Assembly (NCBI RefSeq): GCF_009914755.1
Contig: NC_060934.1
DNA: 64,000 bases
Reading direction: 5' to 3' (one strand)
Origin: the human T2T-CHM13v2.0 reference genome, Homo sapiens
A model generated the notes under the pieces. That model was not told the DNA's origin. It made no database searches and saw only the letters and a program-made list of their open reading frames with translations. A program made the position numbers and the translations under genes. Positions 51,388 to 64,000 of the stretch are shown one piece after another. Positions within the stretch are counted from its first letter, which is position 1, and each line of letters starts with the position of its first letter.

Positions 51388-51713
51388 GTGAGAAGCCCCA
51401 GGGCCAGGGGACACATGGGGGATAGGACCCCTGGGGCTCCTGCATCCTAGTGCTGGGGCTCAAACCTAGAGTCCTGCCTTACCCCCAACTGGGGTCCCAA
51501 GCCCTACAGACCCCTGCAGACCATGAGGCTAAACTAGGGTGGGCGTCTCCTTACCCCCACCAGCATCAGAGGTGCCCTGGAGTCAGAGGGAGCAGGGGAG
51601 GGTCCCAGCAGGGCCAGGGCTCTGAGCTCCTGGGAAGGGGCTGCGAGCCTGACTCCAGCAGGCCTGCCTTGGGGCTGGGGCTGGGGTGGAGGCCAGCCAG
51701 TGTCCTCCCATAG

Positions 51714-51841
51714 TGGCCGAGAAGACCAAGGAGCAGGCCAACGCCGTGAGCGAGGCTGTGGTGAGCAGCGTCAACACTGTGGCCACCAAGACCGTGGAGG
51801 AGGCGGAGAACATCGCGGTCACCTCCGGGGTGGTGCGCAAG
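51714..51841 (+). CDS. SNCG: SNCG exon 3
   Basis: catag|TGGCCGAG...CGCAAG|gtgagc; 128 nt; VAEKTKEQANAVSEAVVSSVNTVATKTVEEAENIAVTSGVVRK. Confidence 0.97.
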
Positions 51842-54316
51842 GTGAGCCCCGGCCCTCAGACCTGCCCAGTCCTCTCCTGGGCCCAGAAAGGCTGCTGGGC
51901 GGAGGCGGCATCACTCCACTCCACACCCCAGGAAACAACACGGGGGGCTGCGGCTGGCTTCAGTTTCAGTACCCACTGAGCGCCGGCATGGGGTGGGGTC
52001 CATGCTTGCTGTTCGACCTGCATTCGGGTCTGGAATCACCACAACCACCCCTTCGGGGGACTTGGGAGCCCATCTCATAGACAAGGAAAGTGAGGCTCAA
52101 AACCACATCTTCCGGACGGCTCTCAGCACTTAGGAGACACCCCATTTTATAAGTGAAAACAGGATCCCACACGGTGACAGGCAGCCTCCCGGGCAGTGGT
52201 CACCAGGCCGGGGGCTGAGTAGCACCAGCCCCGCCCCCAGGGCCTAGCCTCCCTCCCTGGGCTGGGCGGGGCAGCTGCCTCCTGCTGGGAGCCTCAGGGA
52301 AGTAGCGTCCCCTAGTGGTAAGAAAGCAGTGCTGCTTCTGACCCTACCCTCTGCAGCTGCCTTTGTGTGTGTGTGCACGTGTGTTGAGTGAGCATGTGGG
52401 TGCATTTGTGAGAATGTGTGGGTGTACATGCGTGTGAATGTACACATGCGTGTGCGGCCCAATAGCAGACAGCACAGGAGCAGTGGGGCGCACCCCAGGG
52501 ACGGGTGTTGGCTGGGTGAGCTGTCCCAGCACCTGTGACACAGCAAGCTCTGCTTTACGCATTGTACGCTTATTAGTTCATTTAATAGACACAAAATCCA
52601 TGAGACGGTGTGGAAACTAAGGCCCAGAGAGATTAATGTGCCCAAGGTCCCATGGCTAGTTCATGTGAGCTTGGAATTCCCCTGAGCAGCCTGTACTCTG
52701 AGAGACCCTGTGGCAGTGTAAGTGGTGGCCTGGGCTAGGATTCCTACCTGGGGGTGGGGCGGGGGAGCAGTGTCCAGCTCTCCTACCTGCTCCAGGCCTC
52801 CTAGGTGGTGGAGTCTGAGGCTCTGAGCACTGAGAATCCCTGCGTTAGGAGTGGGTGGGTGGAAGGGTGGGGGCTGCCCTACTCCTCTTGGCTCTGGGGC
52901 GATGCCCAGGTGTCTGCTTCCAGGGCCAGCACAGGGTCTCCATGTCCTTGGAGCTGGCAGCCGCTCCCTCTCCTAGTTCCCCTTTCTCGTCGTATGACCT
53001 TGAGAAGCAAAGGAACCTCTCTGGGCCTCCGTGTTCTCATCTGCAAGATGGGGGTGAGAGTGTCGGCCTCCCTGGGCTGTGTGATGAGGCAGGGCCATGA
53101 CCTCCATGAAGCAATTCTCCTGGTCTATGTGAGCACCCAGCAGAGGAAGGTGACCATCATCATCATCATCATCATGTGTCCCAGGCAGAACACATAGAGC
53201 CCCAGGGGGCTCCTCCCTCCTCACCCCCAGCAAAAGAGGCCCTGGGGTGAGGGTGCCCGGGCATTCCTTGTGAATCCCGGAGCAGGGCTAGTGAGCCCTT
53301 GGAGCCACCTCGAGGGAGACTCATTTCCTGGTGACACCCCAAAACCAGTCACGACTCATCTCCCAGTGAACTGTGAAAGGCCTCAGCAGGGACTATCTGA
53401 CCACTCATACCCCTGGCCTCATCATCAGCCTTAGGGCAGCAGGACTCAGCAGGTGGCCACCTGCCCTGCCCCTGGATAGCCTGGCCGACTCCCGCCAGCA
53501 CAGCACTGCCCTTTTATGCCCCACTCCGCCAAGGGGCAGGATGGCCCTGGGGCAACACAGAGGTGACAGTATCCCCGCCTCCCCCCCGTCCCCCGCCAGA
53601 GGCAGGTGCTGAGGCCAGAGTGCAGGGCAATCACCAGTGTGGTCCTACACACCCAGCTGTCATGATATCTCACGCAAGTGTCTGGCCGGCATGGAGTGCA
53701 GGAGATAGAAGATGGGAAGTGAGAGAGGACTGTGTAACCTCTGCTGGCCCTGACCAGCCTGAGCCCAGAGCCTGTCCAGGAGGCAAAGAGAGGGAGCCAT
53801 GCTCCTGTGGACTGAAGTGGGCCTGAAGCAAGCCTGATCTGATGCCAACACACCCCACCACTTTGAGCTCGAAGGCCCTGAGCTGCATGCCAAGCCTCCC
53901 TGGCCTCAGAGTCCCTATGTGAACCCCAATCAGTCTTCCTTGTAGGGCTACTGAGGGTGGGGTCAGACCTGGGGCTTCAGGGGCCTCTGCCCACTCTAAC
54001 CCCCACTCCACCCTACCCCACCCAGGTTCCTCATCAGTGAAGCCCAACTAGGGGCTTCCCAGAGACTGGGGACCAGCATGAGGGGTGAAGCTGGGCTCCA
54101 GGGTACTTGGTGCCCCTGGAAGGCCTCGGCATCATCAGAGCCCCGGGTATTGTCTGAATTGCACGCCCCCAATACCTCCAGCCCCTCCAAGTACAACAAG
54201 GCCACGAGGGGCCTCTGCTCCTCCTTGAGGCCAGGGTAGACAAGGCCCTGGTTGCAGGGCAGCTAGGGGTCTCTGCATTCTCCACATGGTCTCATGCCCC
54301 CTTTTGTCCCCTACAG

Positions 54317-54388
54317 GAGGACTTGAGGCCATCTGCCCCCCAACAGGAGGGTGAGGCATCCAAAGAGAAAGAGGAAGTGGCAGAGGAG
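54317..54388 (+). CDS. SNCG: SNCG exon 4
   Basis: tacag|GAGGAC...GAGGAG|gtagga; 72 nt; EDLRPSAPQQEGEASKEKEEVAEE. Confidence 0.97.
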
Positions 54389-54677
54389 GTAGGAGCTGGG
54401 CTCCTGGGGTGCACCATGGGGGGTTCCTTGGTAGGGACCCCATCCCCCACAGACGCACTGCTTCCCTCCTGGGCTCCCAGGGCCCAGAGGGGCCTCCTGA
54501 CCTTCCACAGCCCCTACAGGGACTGTGTACAGGGCTAACCCTGAACCTGAGTGGGAGGTCCCCCCACGGATGACCCCTCAGGCATGGGGCACAGAAGACA
54601 ACTTTTCTCAGCCCACTCAGGGTGGCCCATTAAGGCTGGGGCCTGGAGCTGGGTGTGCAGGTCATTCTCTCTCCCAG

Positions 54678-54698
54678 GCCCAGAGTGGGGGAGACTAG
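54678..54698 (+). CDS. SNCG: SNCG exon 5 coding part
   Basis: cccag|GCCCAGAGTGGGGGAGACTAG; AQSGGD*; total 384 nt = 127 aa plus stop. Confidence 0.96.
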   Translation, partial: AQSGGD

Positions 54699-54949
54699 AG
54701 GGCTACAGGCCAGCGTGGATGACCTGAAGAGCGCTCCTCTGCCTTGGACACCATCCCCTCCTAGCACAAGGAGTGCCCGCCTTGAGTGACATGCGGCTGC
54801 CCACGCTCCTGCCCTCGTCTCCCTGGCCACCCTTGGCCTGTCCACCTGTGCTGCTGCACCAACCTCACTGCCCTCCCTCGGCCCCACCCACCCTCTGGTC
54901 CTTCTGACCCCACTTATGCTGCTGTGAATTTTTTTTTTAAATGATTCCA

Positions 54950-54955
54950 AATAAA
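54950..54955 (+). terminator. SNCG: SNCG poly(A) signal AATAAA
   Basis: AATAAA about 250 nt after the stop, preceded by a U-rich tract. Confidence 0.85.
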
Positions 54956-56796
54956 ACTTGAGCCCACTCCTGCCATGCTTCCTCTGGGTGCTGTGTAGCT
55001 TGAGGAGGGGTCCCCAGGTCCTCCCAGGAACAGGAACGGGTTCAGCCTGTTGATAGGACCAGGTATCCTATAGGGACACACACAGGGCATTCATGGGACC
55101 TGCGTGAGCCTTCAGGAACACCCCCAACCCACCCATTGCCTTTAACATGGAGGAGGCAGCACTGCCTTCGGCTCCCCAAGACATTCGACAGGACTCACAG
55201 TCCCATCCACGGGGATAGCTTAGCTCAGCCTCAAGGTAGCCCCCGCCTGCCTGCTCTGAGTCCCTGAGGAACCCACTGTCAGCAGGAGGTGAAGATAGGC
55301 TCCTGGGTCTTCCCTCCATGTGAGTTCTGGGCTCCAGTGTCGCAAGAGGAACAGGGCCACCTAACATCCTCCCTGGGGCAGATGGTGACTTTCAAAGATG
55401 GAGAAGTCTAAACCTAGTGAGGATGAAGGGCATCCCACAGGAGAGACAGGAGGTGGACCCTGCGGCGCCTCCCACCTGGCCCCAGCCAGTCTCATGCTCC
55501 CCGCTGGACCTGGAGCTGGGTACCCCTTGCACCCCTCCTGCACCCAGAAGCCTGCCAGTTGCCACCAAAAACACAACAGCAGAGACGCACGAAGCCGCAC
55601 CTTGACAGAAAAATAGTAAAAAGCAACAGCTGCTGAGGTCCTCACAGGCGTTGACTGGGCACTGTTCTGAGCACTTCACCTTATTTAATCCTCAGAATAA
55701 ACCTCTCAGGTTGGAGCTGTAGATCCAGGTTTTGCTGAGACGCACAGGACTGGGCAGAAGCCCAGGTGGCTCCCCAGCCCTGCTATGGCTGCATGGACCC
55801 CAAGGTGCTTACAGTGGATTGCCCCCAACCCAAAGTTTCAAAACAACCCAGGGCTTGCTGGCCAGTGGCCTACATGAAAGGCTGTTTGCCCAGCCCACTC
55901 TGAACAAGCCTGCCGGGCACGACGCAAACCACCCATCATGTAGGCCACTGGCCAGCGTGTCCTGGGTTGTTTTAAAGCCTTGCATGCCGGGCGGGCTTGT
56001 TCAGACCAGGGTTCCCTGGGGATCCTGGCTTCCCCTTTGATACTCAGATGGTTTGGGCTCAAAGCATCTCAGTGCCTTGCCCCAGGCCTTCAGGCCTGGG
56101 TGTTGGAGCCAGAGCTTGAGTCCGTCCACATGTGACTTCAGACACTGCCCTGTCCACACCGCCTCCCCATCCAGCCTCTGCAGTGGATTCAAGGGCAGCC
56201 CAGGAGGCTGGGAGCCCAGTCAGACACAGCGGAGCCAGGCTGTATCTGTTGTCTGGCCATGGGCATCCACTGAGGAGGCAGAACGGAGCAGGGGGCTGCT
56301 GGTCTCCACATCCCCAAGCACTGCCATGGGCAGGCATGAAGGGTCTGGAAGCAGCTCAGGCCAGTCAGGGCTGTTCCTGCTCCCCAGCCCAGACATGTAC
56401 ACATTAAGCAGGCCTGTATGAACCCAGGAGGAGGCCACCTGGGGCCTGGGTGTGCCCGAGAGTCCCCTGGGCTGTGAGAGAAAGCAAGGAGGAGCAAGGC
56501 TGGTCAGGTGATGGGGGTGAGGGAGAGGGCACCTATGCCCGGCTCCCAGCGACAACCTGCCCCAGGTTTCAGGGCCCTCTGCCTCTGCTGGAGGAGCCCA
56601 GAGGGGTCCCTGCTGCCCCTACCACAGCCCCCCTACAACCCCCTCTCACATACACTCAGGGCTTGTTCCTGGACTCAAATGACAAACATCACCAGAAAGC
56701 CCCTTCCCAGCCATGGGCACTGGCAGTGCTCTTTGCCTTTGAAACCTCATGTGCTCTGCACCCTGTGAGGCTGCTTCTGACCTCCCTGCAGGAGCA

Positions 56797-57968
<1,172 letters not shown>

Positions 57969-58146
57969 CAAATTAGCTGGGGGTGGTGGCTCATGCCTGT
58001 AATCTCAGCTACTCAGGAAGCTGAGGCAGAACTGCTTGAACCTGGAAGGCAGAGGTTGCAGTGAGCCAAGATCCCGCCATTGCACTCCAGCCTGGGCAAC
58101 AAGAGCAAAACTCTGTCTCCAAAAACAAAAAAAGGGAAAAAAAAAA
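57969..58146 (+). mobile_element. Alu right arm
   Basis: Partial Alu with A tail. Confidence 0.8.
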
Positions 58147-58861
58147 GTGACACCACAGCAAACTGGGGCGGGGGTGGGGGAAACGGTAATGCGGTAATGC
58201 GCTCCCTCCTTCTGCCTCTCCTTGTCTGAGAAGCCCTGGTGCCCTGCACGCTCTCACAAGGTCCACTGCTGAGTCCTGGGCACCCTTCAGCCAATTTAAT
58301 CTTCACACACACACTTTGGGGAGACGCTGTGATGTGATGGGGATGTTGAGGCTCAGAGAAGTGAGGGGCTTGCTCTAAGAATATCTGAACCCAAGAGGTT
58401 TGACTGTAGTGCCTGCCGCTAGGGCCACGTGGAGCTCTCTCTACCACCATCTGCTGGGGGCTGGCTGTCTCTTCCCACAGAGGCTGCTCCCTTCCTGTCC
58501 AGCTCACAGCTCATTGCCCATGGGGCCTGGAGCCCAGTGGCACCACCAGCCTGTGATAAACTGGAACACTCGAAGGCCTGCCTGGCTATTGGGCACTACC
58601 GGTGGGATTTCAGGAGGGCTGGCAGGGCTGTGGCCAGCCAGGCAGGGCATGGCTGAGATGGGCTCCCCAGAGTCCCCAAGGCATCCATATGGCCACTCCC
58701 AGGGCAAGGCCTCGCTCTGGGAGAGGAGGGGCGGGGGGCTGGGAGGACTGTTGCTGCCGCTTTGTTTTGCCTGAGACCTGCTCCCTCCCCCTTCCTCCAC
58801 CTAATCTCATCACCTGCCTCTTCCCTTTGCCCAGGGTTGACCTCATCTCCATTAATCCATA

Positions 58862-58863
<2 letters not shown>

Positions 58864-58908
<45 letters not shown>
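58864..58908. repeat. (TG)n microsatellite
   Basis: About 22 uninterrupted TG units. Confidence 0.95.
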
Positions 58909-58911
<3 letters not shown>

Positions 58912-59999
58912 AGGTGCACTTCCAAACAACTCCCTCTAGGGGCTGACCCCGCAGCACTAGAAGCAGGGTATGTGCCAGCAGACCAAGCCTGTGTGGCAGG
59001 GGCTTCCCAGCGCTCCAGAATAGGGGAGACACCAGCAGAGGTGCAAGAAACAGCCCCGGACAGGAAGCGGTAGAGAGACCCAGAAAGGCAGGGTGGGTGT
59101 GCACTGGCCTCCAGGTCCTGAAGGCCTACTCTGGAGTGGGAGTATACCCAGCTGGGTGGGGCCTGACCTACACCCCTTGTGTGCCAGGGGAATGTATCTT
59201 GCAAGCTGTTTTGCTGCACCCAAGGATGATCTTCTCCACTCAGGCCCAGGTCCCTAAGTCCCCTCCTAACAGCCACAAGTCATACTCTCTAGCGCCTTGC
59301 CTGCCCCATCTCAGGAAAGGTGACCTGAGAGGCCCAAGCTTATTCCTGCCCTCCCTGAGCCATGCTTCCTGCCCAACTTCCTAAGGCTTCGGTGACAGAC
59401 GGCAATCTCCTTGCCTGGGCTGCACAGGCACACTGCCCTCTCCCCCTTGGGGTTGCATGGTCTGCAAGTGCACACACCTGTATCTCGCCCTCTCAGGGGA
59501 AAGATTTACCAGGCCCTCTCCGGCTGCATCCACTGGGTCTCTGGCTACAGGCAGAGAGCCAGTCAGCAGTGCCCCTGCAGCTGTTTGGGGCTGGGGGCTC
59601 CGATGATGCCAGAGCCCTAGGGTTTACAGGCACCTAGGCAGATTCGAGGATCCAAGTCCCTGCCACATGCGTTTGGGTGAGACCGACCTCACTGCCTCAG
59701 TTTCCTCCTATACACTGATGCTATCAACAAAAATACCCACTTCAGGAGGTGGTTGTAAAGATTATACAAGAGACTGCAGAGCGTTAGGCAGCACCTGGCA
59801 CAAGACAAATGCTCAGTAAAAGACCACTGCTGTCATTAAGGTCAACACCAGCCCTGAGCTCCTGCCCTGGAGCTGACCCAGCGCTCACGCCCAGGATCAG
59901 AAAGGGAGGGCTGGGGCTGATGAGCTGGGAGGTGGTGTGCGCCCTTCTCCTGCCTCCAGCTCCTCTCTGGACCCCTGTCCTGGCACCTCTTCGGTCCCT

Positions 60000-60253
60000 G
60001 GTTCGGTCTGCCCCTTTCCCACCGCGGCCCGTCTTAGGCCAGGATGTGCTCCCTGCCCTGCGGACTCTGGAGCAGGGCCCGGCCACTCCCCGGAGCCTGT
60101 ATGACGGGAACCGCCCCGCGCCCTCTCCCCTACGCGGGGCAGGCCAGCCCTGGGGCGCCTTAAAAACCGGAGCTGGCGCTTGGCATCGCCACTCTGGGCA
60201 GGATCCAACGTCGCTCCAGCTGCTCTTGACGACTCCACAGATACCCCGAAGCC
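60000..60253 (+). promoter_or_regulatory. ADIRF: ADIRF CpG-rich promoter and 5'UTR with TATA-like box
   Basis: GC boxes; TTAAAAA at 60160-60166, about 90 nt before the ATG. Confidence 0.65.
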
Positions 60254-60314
60254 ATGGCAAGCAAGGGCTTGCAGGACCTGAAGCAACAGGTGGAGGGGAC
60301 CGCCCAGGAAGCCG
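60254..60314 (+). CDS. ADIRF: ADIRF (adipogenesis regulatory factor, C10orf116/APM2) exon 1 coding part
   Basis: gccATGG; MASKGLQDLKQQVEGTAQEA; G|gtgagg; 61 nt. Confidence 0.96.
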
Positions 60315-61908
60315 GTGAGGATAGCGCGCGACCTAGGGCTCAGGCAGGGGCACCTGCGTGGATGCGCAGGCAGAAGCAGCGGGTCGGCGCGGTCCGCAAG
60401 TTCCTGGACCGGCAGCTTGGCTCGGAAGGCTCGGTCCTCCACTGAGACGCAGGGGGCAGGCAGAACGCCCACCCCGGCGAGCAGACAGATGGTGCCCGCA
60501 GGGAGGCAGCGGAACAGAGGCTCCGGAGGAGCCGGAGCTGCGCTGCGGGCACTGCGGGAGCCCCTCCAAGGAGGCCATGCTGGCGCTGGGCGGCCCGCCC
60601 AGGCCCTCAGGAGAGGGTGAAGGTCCAGGACAGGGATCGGGCGCGGCCCGCCACCACTTAAACCCGCGCGCGCCACCAGAGGCTGCCCCAGACCTCAAAG
60701 GGCTTTGTTTCCATCCCACCCCCATCGCCGAAAAGTAATCGTCGCCTTACCTTTAAGTCCCCACCTGGCAAAGAAGGTCCTTAGTTCCTCCACCTCCAGC
60801 TCTCTCCTCCGTATTCTGGAGGTGACCCAGCTGCGGTGGGGGCGTGGGAGATGTCAGGAGACCACTGGGTTGGTTCTTCCTGCACCTAGCCCAGGCTTCG
60901 TTAGGACTCCAGCTCCCTGTCAGTCCTGCCCATATCCCAGTCAGGAGACAATATCCAAACCAACCCCTTACTTCACCAGTGCTCCAGGGGAGGCCCACAG
61001 TTCTTCCCTTGAGACTGAAATGCTACCAAGGAAGCCTCCGTGTCAGGTCCCTTCCTTCTGGGCTTCACTTTTCCATCTGAGAGCTGGGTGCAAAGGATGG
61101 GCTGCTTTCTGATGGGTTAATCGAGACGAGGTTCCCAGGGGCCTCTCAGCACACTTGCCTGACTAACCCTTTCCGGAGGATGGGATCTGGGTAAGGCAGG
61201 CCCTTTCCTGTTCAGCAGCAGGGATGAGTTACAGCTCTGTAGGCGGGAGCCACCTGTCAGCCCCCCCGGGGCTGGTGACTCCATTCCCAGCAGGCCGAAA
61301 CTCTGGTCCAGAGGAGATAGTCCGGCCTTGGAAGTTTTGCCTCCTTCCTTCATTTGTCTCCTAATGTCTTAAGCTGCCTGTCCACAGAGGCACTGGCTTT
61401 GCTTGTGTGCCCCTCCGGGCAGGCCACAGGAGGGAGGAGGCAGTAAGGACCTGGCAAAACTGCAAGCCCCAGGGCTAAGTGCATGAAAGGTGGGAATTCA
61501 GGCATCTGGGCCAGGCTTCTAGGGGAGAAGCTGTAAAAGGGGGCAAGGGTCTTCTGCGCCATCACCAGCATTAGCCAACAGTCCAGATGCTAGCTGCAGC
61601 CTGGCCCTGCCCTGCCTTCCTTCCTCTGTCCAACATTTTCTCAGTAGCCCTGGAGATGGAAAGGGAAGCTCCTCCCCCACAGAGAAGGAGCTCAGAGTTA
61701 GAAATAAACAAAAACATCCCAGAGGCATGGAAAGGTCTCCTGCCCCTCGGGCTGGGGGGCCCTGGGCCAGGGACTTTATCTCCATGGCATCCATCCCTTG
61801 GACCTGTACCACCGAATACTCTGGAGGACACAGAGGCATGGCAATGGTGGGGCACCTGTAGTCGGTGGTGCCTCAACAGGGGCTAAAAGCCACATCTCTC
61901 TGTTCCAG

Positions 61909-61971
61909 TGTCAGCGGCCGGAGCGGCAGCTCAGCAAGTGGTGGACCAGGCCACAGAGGCGGGGCAGAAAG
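61909..61971 (+). CDS. ADIRF: ADIRF exon 2
   Basis: ttccag|TGTCAGCG...AAAG|gtctgg; 63 nt; VSAAGAAAQQVVDQATEAGQK. Confidence 0.95.
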
Positions 61972-62184
61972 GTCTGGTGGGGCTGGAGGGAGGCGGGCAA
62001 CCCCAGCACACCTCCCACTCCCCGCCCCATCCCGGCTGGGGCCCAGGCACATCCTCTCCTCTGCAGAGCCCTCTGTCCACAATGCCCCAAGCAGGTCCCC
62101 CGGGAGACCCAGGCCAGGCTAAGCCTACAGGCACTGTGGTTCCCGGGCCCTGCCTGACCTGCCCTCTCTCCCGCCCTTCCCCAG

Positions 62185-62291
62185 CCATGGACCAGCTGGC
62201 CAAGACCACCCAGGAAACCATCGACAAGACTGCTAACCAGGCCTCTGACACCTTCTCTGGGATTGGGAAAAAATTCGGCCTCCTGAAATGA
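62185..62291 (+). CDS. ADIRF: ADIRF exon 3 coding part
   Basis: cccag|CCATGGAC...AAATGA; AMDQLAKTTQETIDKTANQASDTFSGIGKKFGLLK*; total 231 nt = 76 aa plus stop. Confidence 0.96.
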
Positions 62292-62343
62292 CAGCAGGGA
62301 GACTTGGGTCGGCCTCCTGAAATGACAGCAGGGAGACTTGGGT
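62275..62343 (+). repeat. Perfect 34-bp tandem duplication spanning the ADIRF stop codon
   Basis: tcggcctcctgaaatgacagcagggagacttggg at 62275-62308 and 62309-62342. Confidence 0.97.
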
Positions 62344-62421
62344 GACCCCCCTTCCAGGCGCCATCTAGCACAGCCTGGCCCTGATCTCCGGGCAGCCACC
62401 ACCTCCTCGGTCTGCCCCCTC

Positions 62422-62427
62422 ATTAAA
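62422..62427 (+). terminator. ADIRF: ADIRF poly(A) signal ATTAAA
   Basis: Variant hexamer 130 nt after the stop. Confidence 0.75.
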
Positions 62428-62499
62428 ATTCACGTTCCCACCCTGTGTCCACTTCATGATTCCTCGCAAGCTGGGCCCAGTCCTCTCATCCCAAGAGCA

Positions 62500-63720
62500 G
62501 AGCCACCGTAGCCGGAGTCCTAGCCTCCCAAATTCGGAAATCCAATCCAACGGTCTCAGGAATGTTTTCCATCCCGCCACGCGCCTCCCGAAGCTCCCAG
62601 ACCGGAGGCTCAGCCCCCATCTCGGTTAGTGCCCCTCTCCCGCCCGACTTTAGAGCCAGCCCCTGCCCCTTATTCCCTGCCCCAGGATCCCGGCCCCTCC
62701 TGGGAGCTGGGCTTGACTCCGTCCTCAGATCCTCGGAAGGCTCAGCTCTGGGCGGGGCAAGGGACCTTGCAAGTCGGGGGGGCCTCGGGAACTTCTCTCC
62801 GCCAGCTGCGACTGGAGGCTGGGAACAGGGGAGACGACCCAGGGCCACGGCCCCTCAGGACTTCAGGCGGCCGGAGGTTGTGGGGACGAAGCGGAGTCGG
62901 GAGCCGGGCTTCCGGCCCTCACTACCCCGTCTCGGCCCGCGGGTTGCCTGCGTGCCCGCCCCACCCAGCGGTGAGTCATGGGGCAGGGCCCGCGGGAAGC
63001 TTTGTTGAGTGGGGCGCTGCCGCCCGGCGGGGTCCCGCCCCGCCACTCCCCGGGGAGGGGCTTCGGGGCACGGGGCCGTGCACGTGAGAACGAAGCACGG
63101 TTGTGGGGGGGGCATGCACGTGCGCGCTCGCGTGCGGGAGACCCCTCCCTTCCACACCACTTCCTTTCGGGACAAACCGGTAACCTCCGGCCCTGGAAGG
63201 TTTTGTCTAGTGGGTTCCGGATGGACTGGTGTTCCCAGCACCCCCCCGGCACGTGTCCACGCGTGTGGCCCCGGTACGGTGTATGCCTTGCCAGTAGGTG
63301 ACTCAACGTGGCACTGGTTGAGCGCCGGATGAGGCCTGGCCCTGGCGCGGGGCGTGGGCTGCTGCGGCCCTTTCCTCCCCGCGCCCCTCACGCCCCAGCG
63401 GGCCCCTAGCGGTTCCCGTCCACCCGCTCCATGTCTTTACCCCGGTACTACCTCCACCTGCAATCGCCTCCTCCTGCGCGCCAGTGGCCTCTGCGTTTCT
63501 GTTGAAAGGTACCGACTACGCGGTGCTTCCCAGTTCTGAGGCGATTTAGTCAGCGGACTCAAGGCGCGCTCCCTGCCTTCCCCGGCCTCCCAGCAGGGGA
63601 CGAAGTCCCCAACCTGGCTGCCAGTCCAGATGCTGCAGTACAGGTCTGCCTAGGAGGCCGTTCCCTTCTCCAGTCTGAGATCTCCCTCGCGGGGCACGTG
63701 TCTACCACCCTTAACCCAGG
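62500..63720. promoter_or_regulatory. CpG island with E-box and AP-1 cluster (probable ADIRF-AS1/AGAP11 promoter region)
   Basis: High CpG; CACGTG at 63081, 63117, 63250, 63695; TGA(G/C)TCA at 62972 and 63299; the lncRNA assignment is from memory. Confidence 0.65.
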
Positions 63721-64000
63721 GCTGCCCTGGTTCCACTATCGGTTACATGTTGCTGACTGTCCCCAAAAGGTTTCTTTGTAGAATGTGGGAAAGTCCTTGA
63801 AGAGACACCCGGAGCAGTGTCAGGGGCGCTTCCAGGAGCCCCCGCCTCCAGGAGCAGGTCCTAGGGTCTGGAGAGCCGGCCTCAGGGCCACTCCAGGAGG
63901 CTGGTGGGGCTGGACTGGCAGAGCCCAGCATCCTTCTGGTGTGCATCATTCCCCTATGACTCAGGGATGAATCCCAAGGGACTTTTCACTTGTTCTCCTT

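Noticed and set aside
59784-60676. Long overlapping ORFs around the ADIRF promoter
   Set aside because: Stop-codon depletion in a CpG island; no recognisable protein

Overview
Human genomic DNA; the gene order matches 10q23.2. From left to right: (1) the last six coding exons and AT-rich 3'UTR of BMPR1A (+; GS box and kinase domain, stop at 15446); (2) an Alu-dense spacer; (3) the complete MMRN2 gene (-; 7 coding exons, 2850 nt, 949 aa; EMI, coiled-coil and C1q domains); (4) SNCG head-to-head with MMRN2 (+; 5 coding exons, 127 aa); (5) ADIRF (+; 3 exons, 76 aa); (6) a CpG-rich, E-box/AP-1-rich promoter-like island, consistent from memory with the ADIRF-AS1/AGAP11 region. All exon boundaries were read from GT/AG sites and add up to intact reading frames. 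Repeats include about 35 Alus (one young AluYb8), L1 fragments, MaLR/ERV solo LTRs (THE1 and MER11 with exact TSDs) and DNA transposon relics; repeat family names are recognised from memory, not from a database run. Strongest leads: ADIRF has an exact 11-residue amphipathic periodicity like its neighbour gamma-synuclein; SNCG has an alternative-frame isoform whose stop codon overlaps codon 110; BMPR1A and ADIRF each have an in-frame, stop-free intron; ADIRF has a perfect 34-bp duplication over its stop codon; MMRN2 carries sense-oriented LTRs; and BMPR1A has an inverted Alu pair in its distal 3' region. No wholly new protein-coding gene is supported.
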